A DNA stretch of 64,000 nucleotides from Eledone cirrhosa (lineage: Eukaryota). The notes under the pieces are model-generated. The model worked only from the letters and a program-made list of their open reading frames with translations, had not been told where the DNA came from and did not search any database. Below, piece after piece: positions 43,351-56,990 of the stretch (position 1 is the stretch's first letter; the number at the start of each line of letters is the position of its first letter). The stretch lies in assembly GCA_964016885.1 (NCBI GenBank), contig OZ024744.1, positions 78,926,001-78,990,000 on the forward strand, written 5' to 3'. A program made the position numbers and the translations under genes.

Positions 43351-44278
43351 TTTCCGAGGCCATAGTATCTAGAATAAGGACGGGTTAGAAGAGGTTTAGG
43401 GAGCTGCTTCTTCTGCTGACGAAGAAGGGTTTCTACCTGCGAAACGAAGATTCTTAGATTAAATTATGATGGAAATTGTGTGTGTGTGAGAATAATTACT
43501 TTATTACTGCTAATATAATTATAAATTAGATCGACTGTAATACTTAGAAATTAATTAAATAATCTGGAATGTTTAATTTTTTTTTTTTGTTATTTAAAAA
43601 AAAATAATTATATAATATAATTTGTATGTTCTTTTCATCTTGAATTTATTAGATATTTTAAGAACTTTTCCTTATTTTCGTCTAATTTCGTCTTTAACTT
43701 GGTATTTGCCGTTGGTTAAGCAGTCTTAAAGTATTGGGTGTAACTGAACGATATTTTGTCACTCTTTCGTTAAAAATTGTTGTTTCTATGAATTAGTTCA
43801 TTTTCGTTCGTTTTATTTTAGTTACCATATACGCATCTTGGTTACTGACTTCAATTTTTTTTTTAAATTCAGTATATCTTGCTGTTTACTATAATTTATT
43901 TATTTTCCTAATTCTTCTTATCTAACTTATAATTTTTCTATCTAAAATACTCATTACAAAATAACTATTTAGTTACCTCTTCTTAAATGTGCCATTTAAA
44001 AACCTCCCAGAATGTTTTACAATATTCTTCTCATTGCCTTTATGCCCTATTAATAAAAACAAAACACCGTTTAAGATCAGAATAGATAGATGCTTTCTAA
44101 ATTTCCACACTACATTTCTCCTCCAATGAGTATTTCATTAAATTCATTCAATTGCTCCGTCATGTTTAAAAAAAAAAATACCATTGGTGTCGTCTGTCTC
44201 TTCTATGCTATTTGGTATCATATATGGGATTCATCTGTCAAGATGGCTTTTTTCTTTCTATCATCACTCAGTAAATGT

Positions 44279-44595
44279 GTACAGTGTCTCCCTCGGCATT
44301 TGCGGTCCCGGTTATTCGCGGATTTTCCATTAGAATCTAAATAATTGTTTGTGGAAACCACCACATATTTGCGGAATCGTAAATGTCTTCCTCGATCTTT
44401 TTATGGCTTTTTTCGTGGCGCTAAATTATTAACAATATACCGTATTTGCCGGTCTTCTGGACGCCCTTACGCATAAGACGCTCTTTTTTTAATTATATTT
44501 TGTTATGTTTTAACGTTTATTAGGCATTTTTATGGACCACGTCCAATATTCGCGGGTGTTCTATGAACGTAATTTCCGCGAATACCTGGGGACAA
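44279..44595. mobile_element. degenerate Tc1/pogo (Tigger-like) MITE
   Basis: tacagtgtctccctcggcatttgcgg ... ccgcgaatacctggggac imperfect TIRs. Confidence 0.5.
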
Positions 44596-45620
44596 TCCCT
44601 TCCATATACTGTACCGTTTGTGTTGTTATTTGTTTACCTTTTACATACATATATATATATATATTAGATTCTTTGTTGATTTTCGAGACATAGTAGTCGT
44701 GTCATTAGGATGAATGAAACGTTTATTTATTTTATTCATTTATTTTTTATCAGACATCTGTCGAGTTTAATCTAACAATAATATAACTAAATTTTATTAC
44801 GTATTTGCATACAACAACCAAATAAAATCGCTTCCACCACTGATTTCTGTAGATAGTATATTTAATGATGTTGACCAATATGGAAGCTGGAGTATATATA
44901 ACATTTTATATAGTTAAAAATATAACAATGAGTTAAGGCCTAACAAACCTATGTGATCAGAGGCATTACAGCCATGGCCATCTGGCTTTTATTATTTTTC
45001 TCTTTTTTTTATGTATACTGTGTGCTGGACAACATTATTTGTTCTATGTATTCTTGCATTTTTAATGGAGATTTGGCTGTTATTTCTAACAACTCGAGTG
45101 ACCATGCAGGGCCTTTCTCTTTGACTGCCGTAGTTTAATCTGTTTTGTTATTCATTTGTCAGCTGGAAATCTTCAGAGAAAATACAATAAACTAGCCTAT
45201 GAATAAAATAACTACTGCTATCCTATTGATTGTGTGTTTGCATGAATTAGATGAATCAACATTTATGGCCTTGTACATATGTGTGGGTGTCTTGTCACTG
45301 TGTGTGTGTGTGTGATCCAATATATGGTAATATTTATTTATTTAGATAGATCAAGGAAGAAAAAAATGTGAAATGTTTGATAACGTGTAATAATTGTTTA
45401 AACTTTTTGGCATAAGGCCAGCAATTACCTCGGTACATTACTGGTACTTTATTTTATAGACCCCCGTAAGGATGAAAAGCAAAGTTAACCTCAGCGGGAT
45501 TAAAATTAAGACAGTGGTGGAAAGAAAGATGTTAGGCTAAGATGATTAGTGGTTGTTGTTGTTTAGCCCAGGTCAACCCTGATTTACAACCCACAATTAC
45601 ATTATCCAAGGTGACTAGCA

Positions 45621-45654
<34 letters not shown>

Positions 45655-46060
45655 TCTCTCTTTCTCTCTCTCTTCCATAAACTTTAACAGTTCTTCGAGA
45701 CATTTTTCATGAGATTCTAAAGCTTCTACTTTAAGCATGGTATTGTTTTTTTAATTTTTAATAGAGGAAAAAAATGTATGTTTTTCAATTTGAAGTCTTT
45801 TTTAGGGTTAATATTGTGGAATATCATGTTTAATACTTAATGAAGACACTGCTTATGGTTTTCAAATAATTAAGAATTTAGAATGATTTAATAATATAAC
45901 TAGCTTTTTCATTATTAAACATTATTGGAACATAACTTTACAGATTTTTTACACAAAGTTAAGATGGAAGGATTTTAGATAACTATAAACATTTAGAAAT
46001 ATACAATTTTGTATTGTTATAACCAAGGGCGATTTGATATCAGAAGGTTAAAAAGATTCT

Positions 46061-46261
46061 CTAACCCTTTAGTATTTGAATTGGCCATATCCGTCCAGAA
46101 TTCCCTCACTTCTTTCTGTTCAAACAGGCTATAACTGGCTACTCATGCTGATATTAAGGTATTGTTCTCAAAATAAATAATATCAAAATCTCATAGATTC
46201 CATATTATGTGAAGTAATTATATGGGGTAAAGCCTTTACCATGTAAATGCTAAAGGGTTAA
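46061..46261. mobile_element. piggyBac-type MITE, family A
   Basis: (C)TAA-CCCTTTAGTATTT...AAATGCTAAAGGG-TTAA. Confidence 0.8.
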
Positions 46262-46892
46262 GGTTCTTGATAATATTTGGGGTTAGTATCAGGAAAAAAA
46301 AGTTTGGTGACATCTGGTATACGTAATTGATACAATGATGGCAATCAGTGCTGGTTAGATCTTGTTTGTTGCAACACAGTATAATTACCAAATGTTAAGT
46401 GTTTATTGATGACAACATAAGAGATGTGTAGGTAAGAGGATGAAGACATTTGTCTATCAAGTTTATTTTCCCCACCACCCCCAACCAAGCCTTACTAGGG
46501 TGTACTTACTTAACATTGGCTCACACTGGGAACTTCTAAATTCAAATATTCCCGTTGTTATTGCAGAATCAATGAGAAAAATGCAGAAATTTGAAACCAA
46601 GAAGATGCCTTGCACTCGAATCTTAGGGAATGGAGCTAGATATGGTTATTGTTAATTATTAATAATTAAAACTTTTATAACTCAATATAGGTAGGTGTTA
46701 TTTTTGTTGTTGGAAAGGTATATATTTACTTAGGAAACTGACTTAGATTTGAAAGTACAGTGAACTGTAATTAGAGGTTAATTAGCTGACATAATTGTTG
46801 GTTGCCATGGTCTTATCAGACAGATTGTTCTTGACTGTTGTTTGAGATTAACATGACACGTGTATGGAGCAGTGCAAATATTTTCAAATTAA

Positions 46893-47108
46893 TCATGTTT
46901 TATTTAGAAATTCAGAGATGAAGGACATGACTTCCTTACTATAAAATTGGAGCATCATCGACATATCTGCTCCATACTCTAATGGATTACATAACTGCAG
47001 CTTCTGTCTATCTGAGATTCTGTATATACTAAAGTAGCCTGTGTTATCCTTTAATAAAAAATACCCAATATTATTTAGATTATTTTTGTTAATTGCCTTT
47101 TGCAGCAC
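46893..47108 (-). pseudogene. possible degenerate ankyrin-repeat fragment
   Basis: LQKAINKNNLNNIGYFL and LEYGAD resemble ankyrin helix-2/GAD motifs; no clear splice sites. Confidence 0.25.
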
Positions 47109-47311
47109 TATTAAGACTGAGTAAACAGCTGGGTATTCTTAGTGTATTTAGCTTCAGCTCTCTTGGTACTAAATTCAAATCTCATCATGGTTACTTTTCT
47201 TTTCATTCCTCCAACATTGATGAAATATGTAATAGTAGTTGTAGTAGTAGTGATTGGAGTGTGCTCAATTGTGTGTGTGTGCGCGTGTGCGTGCGTGTGT
47301 ATATATATATC

Positions 47312-47676
47312 TCATCTATCCGGTAGTCTGGTGGATTGTTGGGGCACCACAGATGATCTGGCAACTAGCTCCTTCCATTTCTCTTGTCTCTCCACCCTGC
47401 TCATGGTTGCACCCAGCTTCATGCCTGTCAATTGTGGTATGTTGCCCTCCCATCTCTTTTTCTGTCTGCTTCTCTTCCTCCCTCCTTGTACTGTTCCGTG
47501 CTGGACAGTTTTGGCAAGCCCTGAAGATCTTGTCATCTCAATTTGTGTTGTTTTACAATGATCAGTAGGTCTTTATAGGGCCTGATGGCTTGCCAAATTC
47601 TGTTTTGCACCTCCTCATTGGAGACGTGGTTTCTTGTAGTAGATGTCAAGGAGTGTTCTGAAGCATCTCGTCTCCA
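47312..47676 (-). mobile_element. RTE/BovB-like LINE 3' fragment
   Basis: NEEVQNRI...DLL..VK..KLR; GLAKTVQHGTVQGGRKRSRQKKRWE. Confidence 0.8.
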
Positions 47677-47697
47677 AACACACACACACACACACAC

Positions 47698-47760
<63 letters not shown>

Positions 47761-47764
<4 letters not shown>

Positions 47765-48105
47765 GTACCACAAAACATCCAGCCCACACTATAAAGTGTG
47801 TAAAGTGGTCGTGTGAAGACATGGCAAAAAGCACCCAACACACACTGTAAATGTGGTTGGCATTAGGAAGGGCATCCAGCCATAGAAAACCAGCCAGAAA
47901 CAGTCCTATATGAGCGAGACACGGTCACTCGACCCAACTTGCTTCTAAATAGAACAAATCTGTCTAACCCATGTTAGCATGGAAGATAGACGTTAAACAA
48001 CAAAAAGCACCCAGTCCACACTGTAAGGTGGTCGTGTTGGTGACATGATAAAAAGCACTCAGTACTCACTGTAAATGAGGTTGGCGTTTGGAAAGGCATC
48101 CGGCA
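47761..48105 (+). mobile_element. SINE/RTE 3' tails with ~41-bp internal repeats
   Basis: aaaaagcacccag...cactgtaaatg...ggaagggcatcc motifs. Confidence 0.75.
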
Positions 48106-48411
48106 GTTGAAGAAACCAAATATTGGACATTATTTGCAATTTTTATGTTTTATTAATAATAAAACAAAAATATTTGGTTAAAATATATTTTATAACACCC
48201 CTAAAAAATGTTTCTCCTCAGTAAAAAACTAACACATGTATCATCTATCGACAATATGACACATGTACGCTTCAGTATAGTTTAATAAAATAGTAGTTCT
48301 CTGATCATTATTTTACAAATGTATTTATTTTTTTTTAAAAATTCATATTAGTGGTCCGCAGGATTTAAAATTATGAATTTAGTGGTCCATGAGGTCCGAA
48401 AGGTTGGCGAC

Positions 48412-48780
48412 TGCTGGTTTAGTGGGTTAGATTGTTGGGCTCACAATCATGAGGTTGTGAGTTTGATTCTCAGACCTGGTAATGTGTTGTGTCCGTAAGA
48501 AAGACAGATACTTTATTTCATATTGCTCGAGTCCACTCAGCTGGCAAGTATTAGTTGCAATGACATTGGGTGCCAAGCTGTATTGGTCTTTGCTTTTCAG
48601 CAACATTGGTGATATGGAGAAAAGGCAGGCTTGCATGCATGGGAAACTTCTGTTCTACCACAAAAAAAAAAAACCTTGCTCTGTCTAAGTGCCTTGGAGA
48701 AAAACTTTTAGGTGTAGACCCATTCAGCCATGACAGGAGGGGGTAGAAGAAGCCTTCTTCCCTCCCATGTTAGCAATTGT
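48412..48780 (+). mobile_element. old CORE-type tRNA SINE, preceded by a possible hAT end (48340-48415)
   Basis: Degenerate A/B boxes and a ctttatttcatattgctc block. Confidence 0.55.
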
Positions 48781-48895
48781 TGAACAGATTAGTCATTTAT
48801 GGTGCATTTCAGTTCTTATTTAATGTAATTACCTTCATAAATGGGTTGAGGGGTGGGGGTGGAGGGCAATGTCTCGGTTGCATGTTCCATTTTCA

Positions 48896-49100
48896 TTAAC
48901 CCTTTAACATTTAAACTGGCTATATCCGGCCAGAATCATCTCACGTTTTCCTGTTCAAACCAGCTGTACCTGATCACATACTGACATTAAGGTTCTCAAA
49001 ATAATAACAGCATCAAAATCTCATAGATTCCATATTATGTGAGATAAAGCCTTTACCATGGAAATACAGTAGTATAGTAATGTAAATGCCAAAGGGTTAA
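48896..49100. mobile_element. piggyBac-type MITE, family A
   Basis: TTAA-CCCTTT...AAAGGG-TTAA; internal match to 46061-46261. Confidence 0.82.
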
Positions 49101-49959
49101 CATAAGTAGTAGCCGCCTAGATACACTGCACCTACAAATGTATGGCTTGCTTCCAATCTGAGAAATGGTTCTTATTTTCTACATTTACAAGATTCAGACA
49201 ATTCTGAATCCAATTACACCTGGCTGCACCTAGAGAAAATTTCTTTTTATGATGTATTTTCTACTTTTGGAGTTGTTTCTGATAACCAACATTGTAAACC
49301 ATAAAATCACTTAGTAATTTCCTGTTCAGCATATTACCACCAACAACAATAACAAAACCACTCTCTCTCTCTGCCTCCCTCCCTCCCTCTCTCTCTCATT
49401 CTCTCCTCACTTGTTCATCATCAAGGTAAGTGGATTATAACGGATTCTGTGATTCCGTCAGTTTCAATGATGAAGATTCAGTTGTTTGATTAAGTGAATG
49501 TCCTACTTGTAAATTAAATAATGTAAGAAGTTGGGTATTTCAGAGACATGTGTACTCTTAACATAATTCCCCAACCTGAATCAGCATGTGACATGGCTGG
49601 GCCTTTGAATCACAGGCACATCATACAGTTTCTGCCTACCTAGTTTCATTCACAAGGATTGGGCTAATCCTAGGCTATAGTATATATATATTAAAAAAAA
49701 AAAATTTTTTTAAATTCTTGCCCAAGATGTCACACAATTGAGTTGAACTATGAACTTTATGATTATGAATTGAACTTCTTAACTACTTATCCATGTCAGC
49801 ACCACACTCTAAATCTAATGTATATTCAGATGTGTTCTGTACATAGGATTCTTCAGCTCAAATCTATGCTTTTTTCTTCCTTTGCCAACAAAGGTTTGAA
49901 TATAAAACATGTTTTTTTTTTTGCATGTGAGTATATATAAATGTGTGGGTATGCACATT

Positions 49960-50610
49960 GTTATCTGTGTGAGTTGATCAAATGTGTTGGAGTATGTTTG
50001 TGCTTATGTACACTAGTGTGTGTCAGCTGATCAGATGTGTTGGAGTACATGTGTGTGTACACACTTTAGTCTGTGTGAGTTGATAAAATGTGTTGAAGTA
50101 TATGTATGTGAGTGATCAAATTTGTATATGTGTGTACTCACACTATAGTTTGTGTGAGTTAGTTGAATGTGTTGGAGTATAAGTGTGTACACAATATAGT
50201 CTGTGTGGGTTGATATATGTGTTTGTGTAGTCACATTTGTCTGTGTTGGTTGATCAAATGTGTAGGAGTATGTGTATTTACACACCTTATAGTCTGAGTG
50301 AATTGATCAAATGTGCATGGGTATATGCGAGTACACACCCGATAATATGTGTGACTTGATCAAATGTGCATGGGTATATGTAAGTACACATTATAGCATG
50401 TATGAGTTGATCAAATGCGTAGGAGTACATGTGTGTAGACAGACTTGTGTATGTGAGTTTGTTGAAAGCTTTGGAGTCTTTGTGTGTACACACACACACT
50501 GTAGTTTGTGTGTATTGGTTGGAAGTGTTAGAGTATATGTGTATACACATGCAATAGTCTGTGTGAGTTGACCAGATGTGTGTAGACACTCTTGACTGTG
50601 TGAGTTGTGA
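49960..50610. repeat. diverged minisatellite, ~45-50-bp unit
   Basis: About 13 units of agtctgtgtgagttgatcaaatgtgttggagtatgtgtgtgtacacac. Confidence 0.9.
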
Positions 50611-50887
50611 TGGAGATATGTTGGATGATGTAAACTGTTGATAAAGTAGATTGTATATTAATAAAAAGCTGAAATATGCAAGATCTTAAATAAGGTCAAT
50701 ATATGAATTATCCTGTGTAGCTATGAAGATAATTCTTCTATTGACTTGTCAACATAAATCAATACAATCTTTTCTCTTGTTTTTTTTTTTTGTTTTTTTT
50801 TCCTTCTTTAGAAAAACATGACCAATTCTGTAATATTCATTTTTATTTTTTCTTCACTTCCATTTCTCTATTGGGTTATTTGTTTTA

Positions 50888-51207
50888 TTAGAATTTTGTT
50901 TCCATACGCTGACGCGTATGCGTATATGTGTATGTGTGAGTGTGTATGTGCATATGCATACATTTATATGTATGATTATATAAATATAAACGCGCAAACA
51001 CAGACACACTTACAAAAATACACACTCACAGACATACATTTACACAAACTCACACATAGCATAGTTTTTTCACCACCCCTTTCCTTCCCTTTACACACAT
51101 ACATTCACACAGGCAGCAGATGTAAAGAGAGAGGAGTAGTATGAGGTAGTCAAACTACTCTTCTCTCTTTACGTATTGTGGTAGAATTGTAGAAATTTAT
51201 ATATAGA
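50888..51207 (-). mobile_element. non-autonomous Helitron
   Basis: On the minus strand A|TCTATATATA start, hairpin CATACGC-gtca-GCGTATG, CTAA|T end; second copy at 60047-60387. Confidence 0.75.
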
Positions 51208-51412
51208 TAAGATAGTAGGATGAGAGCTAGATACAAATACATGTGGCATTATTTAATATTTTATTTCTAGTTTTTTTGTTTGTTTTTTTAGTTGAAATAT
51301 TATCAGGACCTCAGCAAACTAAGTACCAAATATACTGGAACCTGTTATTTTACACACTTCCCTTACAAAAGTAGATTACTCATATGAATCATTTATAGAT
51401 ATTATACTTGTT

Positions 51413-51807
51413 TTACAATATGCAGTGATATGTGTACTTATTCTAAACTGGATACAATCAGCATTATTTCAATTCAAGGGAGTGGATTGGCAGTGTCGGT
51501 AGAGAGTCAGACGCCATGCTTTGCAGCAAAGAGTTACGGCCCTTTATGATCTGAGTTCAAATTCCACCGAGGTTAACTTTGCCTTTCATCCTTACGGGGT
51601 TGATAAAATAAAGTAATAGTTATGCACTGGGATAATTGCTGGCCTTGTGCCAAAAGTAGAAACAATTATTCCAATTTTTTTTCCATGGATTTTCGTATTC
51701 CCATAAAATCCATGGAAAAAAAATTGGAATAATGCTGTCTTTATCCATTTTAGAATAGGTATACCATTATCAGTAATAGGTATACCATTATCAGTGCATG
51801 TTGTAAG
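51413..51807. repeat. foldback (palindromic) element interrupted by a SINE
   Basis: Perfect 29-bp arms at 51665-51733; diverged outer arms 51413-51474 vs 51721-51807. Confidence 0.8.
51478..51670 (+). mobile_element. Meta-domain tRNA SINE
   Basis: Family motifs; flanked by attatt(t/c)caatt duplication. Confidence 0.88.
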
Positions 51808-52336
51808 AGGGGACTAAAAGGGTTAGTGTCTGAAGGGCATATAACTGTGAAAATTGTCTTGGAAAGGAACCTATCATGAGAATGATAAGCCTGTATTTGG
51901 GCTCAAGAAGCTAACCCCTGCTTTAGCAATGAAACAGGCCTTAAAACATTGTTTCTTGTTGTTTTATTAGAATCTTATAGGAGGTTTCTTGTGTGTTTTA
52001 ATGCTAGAGGCCAAGGTCCTGTCATGGAAAACAATGTGAAATGAAGCGTCTTGCTGAAGAACACAACATGCCACGTAATTCAGGAATTGAATCCAAGACC
52101 TGATCTTGAATCCAATACCCTAACCACTGGACCACATACCTGTATGTCGCCTGTATCATTAATTCTAAAGTAGGAGTGGAACCTGTGTTATTCAGGCAGA
52201 GAACAACACAGTGGTTATTGTAGTAATGATTGTTGATAGTAAGGCCTGAACTTATGACTAACAACATTGTACAGCGCCTTCTCTTTGCATTCACTATACA
52301 GGAAACGAGATATCTTCTTTTAGAATTATTTATATG

Positions 52337-53160
52337 TGGTGACCGAATTAGCAGCGGAGGTGGGTGTTTGGAAAGTACAATAACTAGGGTACGAACGGGA
52401 TGGAAGAAGTTCAGGGAGCTACTGCCACTGCTAGCTGCAAAAGGCTTTGCCCTCAAAATGAAAGGCAGACTGTATGATGCGTGTATACGAACAGCAATGT
52501 TACATGGTAGGGAGACCTGGGCATTGTCTGTGGAAGACTTGCGTAGATTAGAGAGAAACGAAGCCTGCATGCTCCAATGGATGTGTAATAGTAATATACA
52601 CGAACGGCAAAGCATAAATGAATTGAGAGAGAGACTGAGCATAAGAGGAATCAAATTCTGTGTGCAGGAGAGGCGGTTGCGTTGGTATGGACATATGATG
52701 CGTATGAAGGATGACAGCTGCATAAAAAGGGGCAAAGCACTAGAAGTCGATGGAAACCACGGAGTGGGGAGACCCAAGAAGACCTGGGTGATAAAAGCCA
52801 ACCTTACCCAATTACACCTCTCAAAAGCGATGACACACGACCGTGACCTCTGGTGTCACGCAGTAATACAGAAGACCTGACCCCCCCCCCATGGGTACAA
52901 GCCGAAGCTGAAGCATATAGACAATATGCCCCCCACACCCTCCCACTGCAAAGTGGTTGTGGAGGTGCCATGGCAAAAAAGCACCCAGCCCACACTGTAA
53001 ATGAGGTTGGTGTTAGGAAGGGCATCCAGCTGTAGAAATCAAGCCAGAATCAGTTCCCGTATGAGCAAGACAAGGTCAGCCGACCGGACACTGCCCACAA
53101 CAGGACAACCCGTCTAACCCATGCTAGTAGGAATAACGGATGTAAAACGGTGATGATGAT
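52337..53160 (+). mobile_element. RTE LINE 3' fragment with 3'UTR
   Basis: GDRISSGGGCLESTITRVRTGW...RLRWYGHMMR...DRDLW; (ATG)n tail. Confidence 0.92.
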
Positions 53161-53162
53161 AT

Positions 53163-54270
53163 ATCATCATCATCATCATCATTTAACGTCTATCTTCCAC
53201 GCTAGCATGGGTTAGACGGGAATCGCTCGTATGGGACTATCTGACAGGTTTTCTACGGCTGGATGCCCTTCCTAACACCACCCAATGTGGACTGGGAGCT
53301 TTTTACCGTGTTACCTACATGACCACATTACAGCATGGACTGTGTTTTTTTATCGTGACACCTACACGACCTCATTAGTTTGGACTGGATATTGTGGTAC
53401 CAAGATAGAGAAAGGGTGGTGTTGGCGGGAGTTGGAGGATGGGGTAGTGGGTTGGGATGTATGTTTGGTTTGGAGGGGCCTACTGACTGTAGGTTAACAT
53501 TGCACGTAAGGAAGGTGGGTCTTCTGTATTACTGCATGGTGCCAAAGATCTAGATCCACTGACATTGTCTTAGAGAGGTGCAAGTGTGCAATCTCATCAC
53601 AGGTTTTTCTGGGTCTACCTACTCCATAACTTCCATCAATTTTGATCACCCTGCACTTTTTTATACATACAGCTGTCGTCTTTCATGTGCATCATGTGAC
53701 CATACCAACATAAGCTTCTCTTGAGTAAACAGCATCTGATCCCTCTTATTCCTAATTTCTCACTTAGTTCTTTTATGTTTTGCCGTTCATGTATATTACT
53801 ATTACACATCCAACGGAGCATGCATGCTTCGTTCCTTTCCAGTCTGCGCAGTTCCTCTGCAAACAATGCCCATGTCTCACTGCCATGTAACATTGCCGTT
53901 CGTATACAAGCATCATACAATCTGCCTTTCATTTTCAGAGAGAAACCTTTTGTGGCCAATAGCGGTATAAGCTCTCTGAACTTTTTCCATCCTGTTCTAA
54001 CTCTGGCTACTGTACTTTCAGAGCACCCTCCACCACTGCTGATTTTGTCACCTAGTTAACGGAAAGTGTCTACTATTTCTATAGAATGATCTGTCTAGTA
54101 GAAGGAGCTAGTATCCTGTGGGCACTGCACTGGCCACATCTTTTATGTACCCCTAGTTTGGGACATAGAATTGAATTTCTACCTACTCCTTTCCTACACA
54201 CTGAGGATGGCCATTTCCCAGAGGGCACCTGTGCCCTATTTTCCTTTCTACTTTCTAGAACTTTAGTCTA
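53163..54270 (-). mobile_element. RTE (PHD family) 3' fragment, tail-to-tail with the previous copy
   Basis: GKWPSSVCRKGVGRNSILCP remnant; KGRLYDACIRTAMLHGSETW. Confidence 0.92.
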
Positions 54271-55949
54271 TCCAGCTGAAAAACCAAGCCATTCCTATCA
54301 CCAATCACTTTACATAGTGTACTGGGTGATTGTTTCTTGTGTTGATCAACAACATTAGGGAGGCTGTTATGACTTTGATATAACTGCAGAGTCCTTATCA
54401 CTTCATTCCATGTCATAGTGTTAACTATAATTAATGATTCAGTTTGTTAATAAAGACTTTATGATTTGAAAGTTGTTTGTATGAAAGATTAGTAAAACTA
54501 TGTCATTGGTTATATAAATAAAATAAATATATTTTTTTTATAGTTTAAAATCTTTTTTTTTCCCCAGTCTAACCCAGATTAAACAAAAGTGTTCCAGTTG
54601 TGGCCATTCCACCTTTTCCCTAGGCACAGTACCATGAACACCACATTTTCTAATGTTTTCTTTTTCTTAAATATGGTAGTGTATATAGTGTAGATTGAGA
54701 GATATATTTTTAGCAGGTCAAGCAACAACATAGGCTTCTTGTTTACTTAGTTGGTGAAATGCATTGAGTTGGCAGTAGGTATGACCACAGTATAGTGAAC
54801 CCTACGAGCAGCTTTATCAGAAAGGTAATGGAAAGAGGTGATCTGTAGAATATTACGTATCTATTCTGTCCATGTCAACATAGAGAAACAGTCATTATTA
54901 CAGTGAACTCAAAATTGCTTGGAATAAGTTATACATAGTTTTAGGCTTTTTGTTACCATATTTCTAATGAAAGATACTGTGATTTTGAAAAATCTTGAAA
55001 ATAATCAAGAATTTGGAGGATTTAGTGATATAACTTACTTTTTCATGATTAAGCTAGTGTCTGTAACAACTTAACGAAGGTTTTTGCATAAAATCACGAT
55101 AGAAAGTTTTTATATTAAATATAATCACTGTGAAATGGTTGTGTAGGAGTCGTGACAAAAAGTACCCAGCACACACTGAAAATGTGATTGGGGTTAAGAA
55201 GGGCATCCAACCATAGAAATCTAGCCAGAAAAATCCTATATGAACAAGACATGATCACCTGATAATCCGTCTAACCCATGCTAGCGTGGAAAATGGACGT
55301 TAAACGACAATGATGGTGATAAACAGTTTTCATTATCATTGTCATCATTTGCCATCTGTTTTCTTACTAGCAAGGGTTGGACTACCATAAAACTAAACAC
55401 AGGCTTCAAACATCTCAATCTGTAATAGCAGCTTTGTCGGTCTAATTAACAGTCCTACACAATTAATTTCTCAGAACCATCCCTTCAATCATGTTGTCTC
55501 TTTTTCATGATCTTATTTCTGATGAAATACACTGTATTTTAATTAATTAATGAAGAATTTAAATGGATTTACTAAAATTATTAATTTTTTCATTAATAAG
55601 ATGGCATTTGAAACATGATTTAACAAAACATTCTGATACCAAATTATTTTGGAAGGTTTACTAATTTAAATAGGAACCCTTAAAAATGAGTTGTTTTTTT
55701 TTACATAGAACTAGAGACAGTTTTTGGTAGGTTTGTATTGAAGAACTTTTGATTATATTTTGTGAATGAGAGCTACAAGAAAACAAAGAATGATTATCAC
55801 TTGAATAGTCTGCAGCTTGTGAAAAAAAAAAAAGAAAAAATTGTTTTACCTGAATAATTTCTAATTTAGGCAGAAAGACTTTTGTTTTTTTTTGCTGGGC
55901 AAAGTTGTTTAAATTGACCCAAAGTACTTGACTGGTATTTTACTTTAAT

Positions 55950-56225
55950 GGACACATGTGGCCTAGTGGTAAGGGTATTGGATTACAATCATAATGTTGT
56001 GGGTTCGATTCCTGGGCTGGGATGCGTGTTGTGTTCTTTAGCAAAACACATCATTTCACGTTGCTCCAGTATTCTCAGCTGAAAATGAGTACCAGAAAAA
56101 GCTGGGGGGTTAACCCTGTGATGGACTGGTGTTCTGTCCAAGAGGAAGTCTTGTACTCTCAGTCGGTTCACACCATGAAACCGGGATAAGCATCAGCCTA
56201 ACAAACCTTCTGGCTTGAGACAGAC
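55950..56225 (+). mobile_element. tRNA SINE (CORE-like plus V-like block) nested in a Meta SINE
   Basis: tggcctagtgg, ggttcgattcc, aaccctgtgatggactgg, gaaaccgggataagc. Confidence 0.7.
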
Positions 56226-56376
56226 TTTAGATCTTTTAGATTTTTAGACTGCTGGAAGGATGAAAGGCAATATTGACCTTGGCAGGATTTCAACTTAGAA
56301 GATAAAGAGCCAGAACAAATACTGCAATGGCATTTTATCCAATGCTATTAATGTGAAGAAAAACAATATGATATAT

Positions 56377-56990
56377 TTAACCCTTTAACCCTTTATTTAG
56401 CATTTGCATTACTCTATATTTACTATTGTATTTTCACAGTAAAGGATTTATCTCACATAATATCAAATCTATGAGATTTTGATATTATTTATTTTGAGAA
56501 CAATGCCTTAACATCAGTATGAGTGGCTGGTTACAGCTGGTTTGAACAGAAATAGGTGAGAAAGTTCTGACTGGATACAGTCGGTTTAAGTGCTAAAGAG
56601 TTAACTCTTTTGATAATATTCATACTGCATGATTCTACATTAAAAAATTGTTTGTTTGAAAGTATTTATCTAAAAATCTTCCATCATAATTTTATGCAAG
56701 AACCTTTGTTAAATTATGTTCCAAACACCAACTTAAAAATGAGAAAGTTAGTTATATTATTAAAACCATCCAAATTGTTGATTATTTTCAAAATTATTTG
56801 AAGATCATAGGTAGTGTCTTTTATTAGAAATGTGGTCTTCATTGCACTCAGACCCCATCTACATCAACATGTTTAAACATCACCACAGATAGAGATGGTA
56901 TCAATCCTGCCAAATTCTTGATTATTTTCAAAATTATTTGAAAATCATTGGCAATGCTTTTCATTGGACTTATGTTAATGAAAGAGTTAA
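56377..56990. mobile_element. adjacent piggyBac-type MITEs (families A and B) sharing the TTAA at 56601-56604
   Basis: ...ctaaagag TTAA ctcttttg...; outer TTAAs at 56377 and 56987. Confidence 0.7.

Noticed and set aside
49960-50610. CRISPR-like look of a conserved gagttgatcaaatgtg core with variable intervals
   Set aside because: The intervals are homologous to one another, the context is eukaryotic and there are no cas genes; it is a minisatellite
51142-51150. TGAGGTAGT matching the let-7 5' end inside a hairpin
   Set aside because: The match stops after 9 nt, lies mostly in the loop, and belongs to a repeated Helitron
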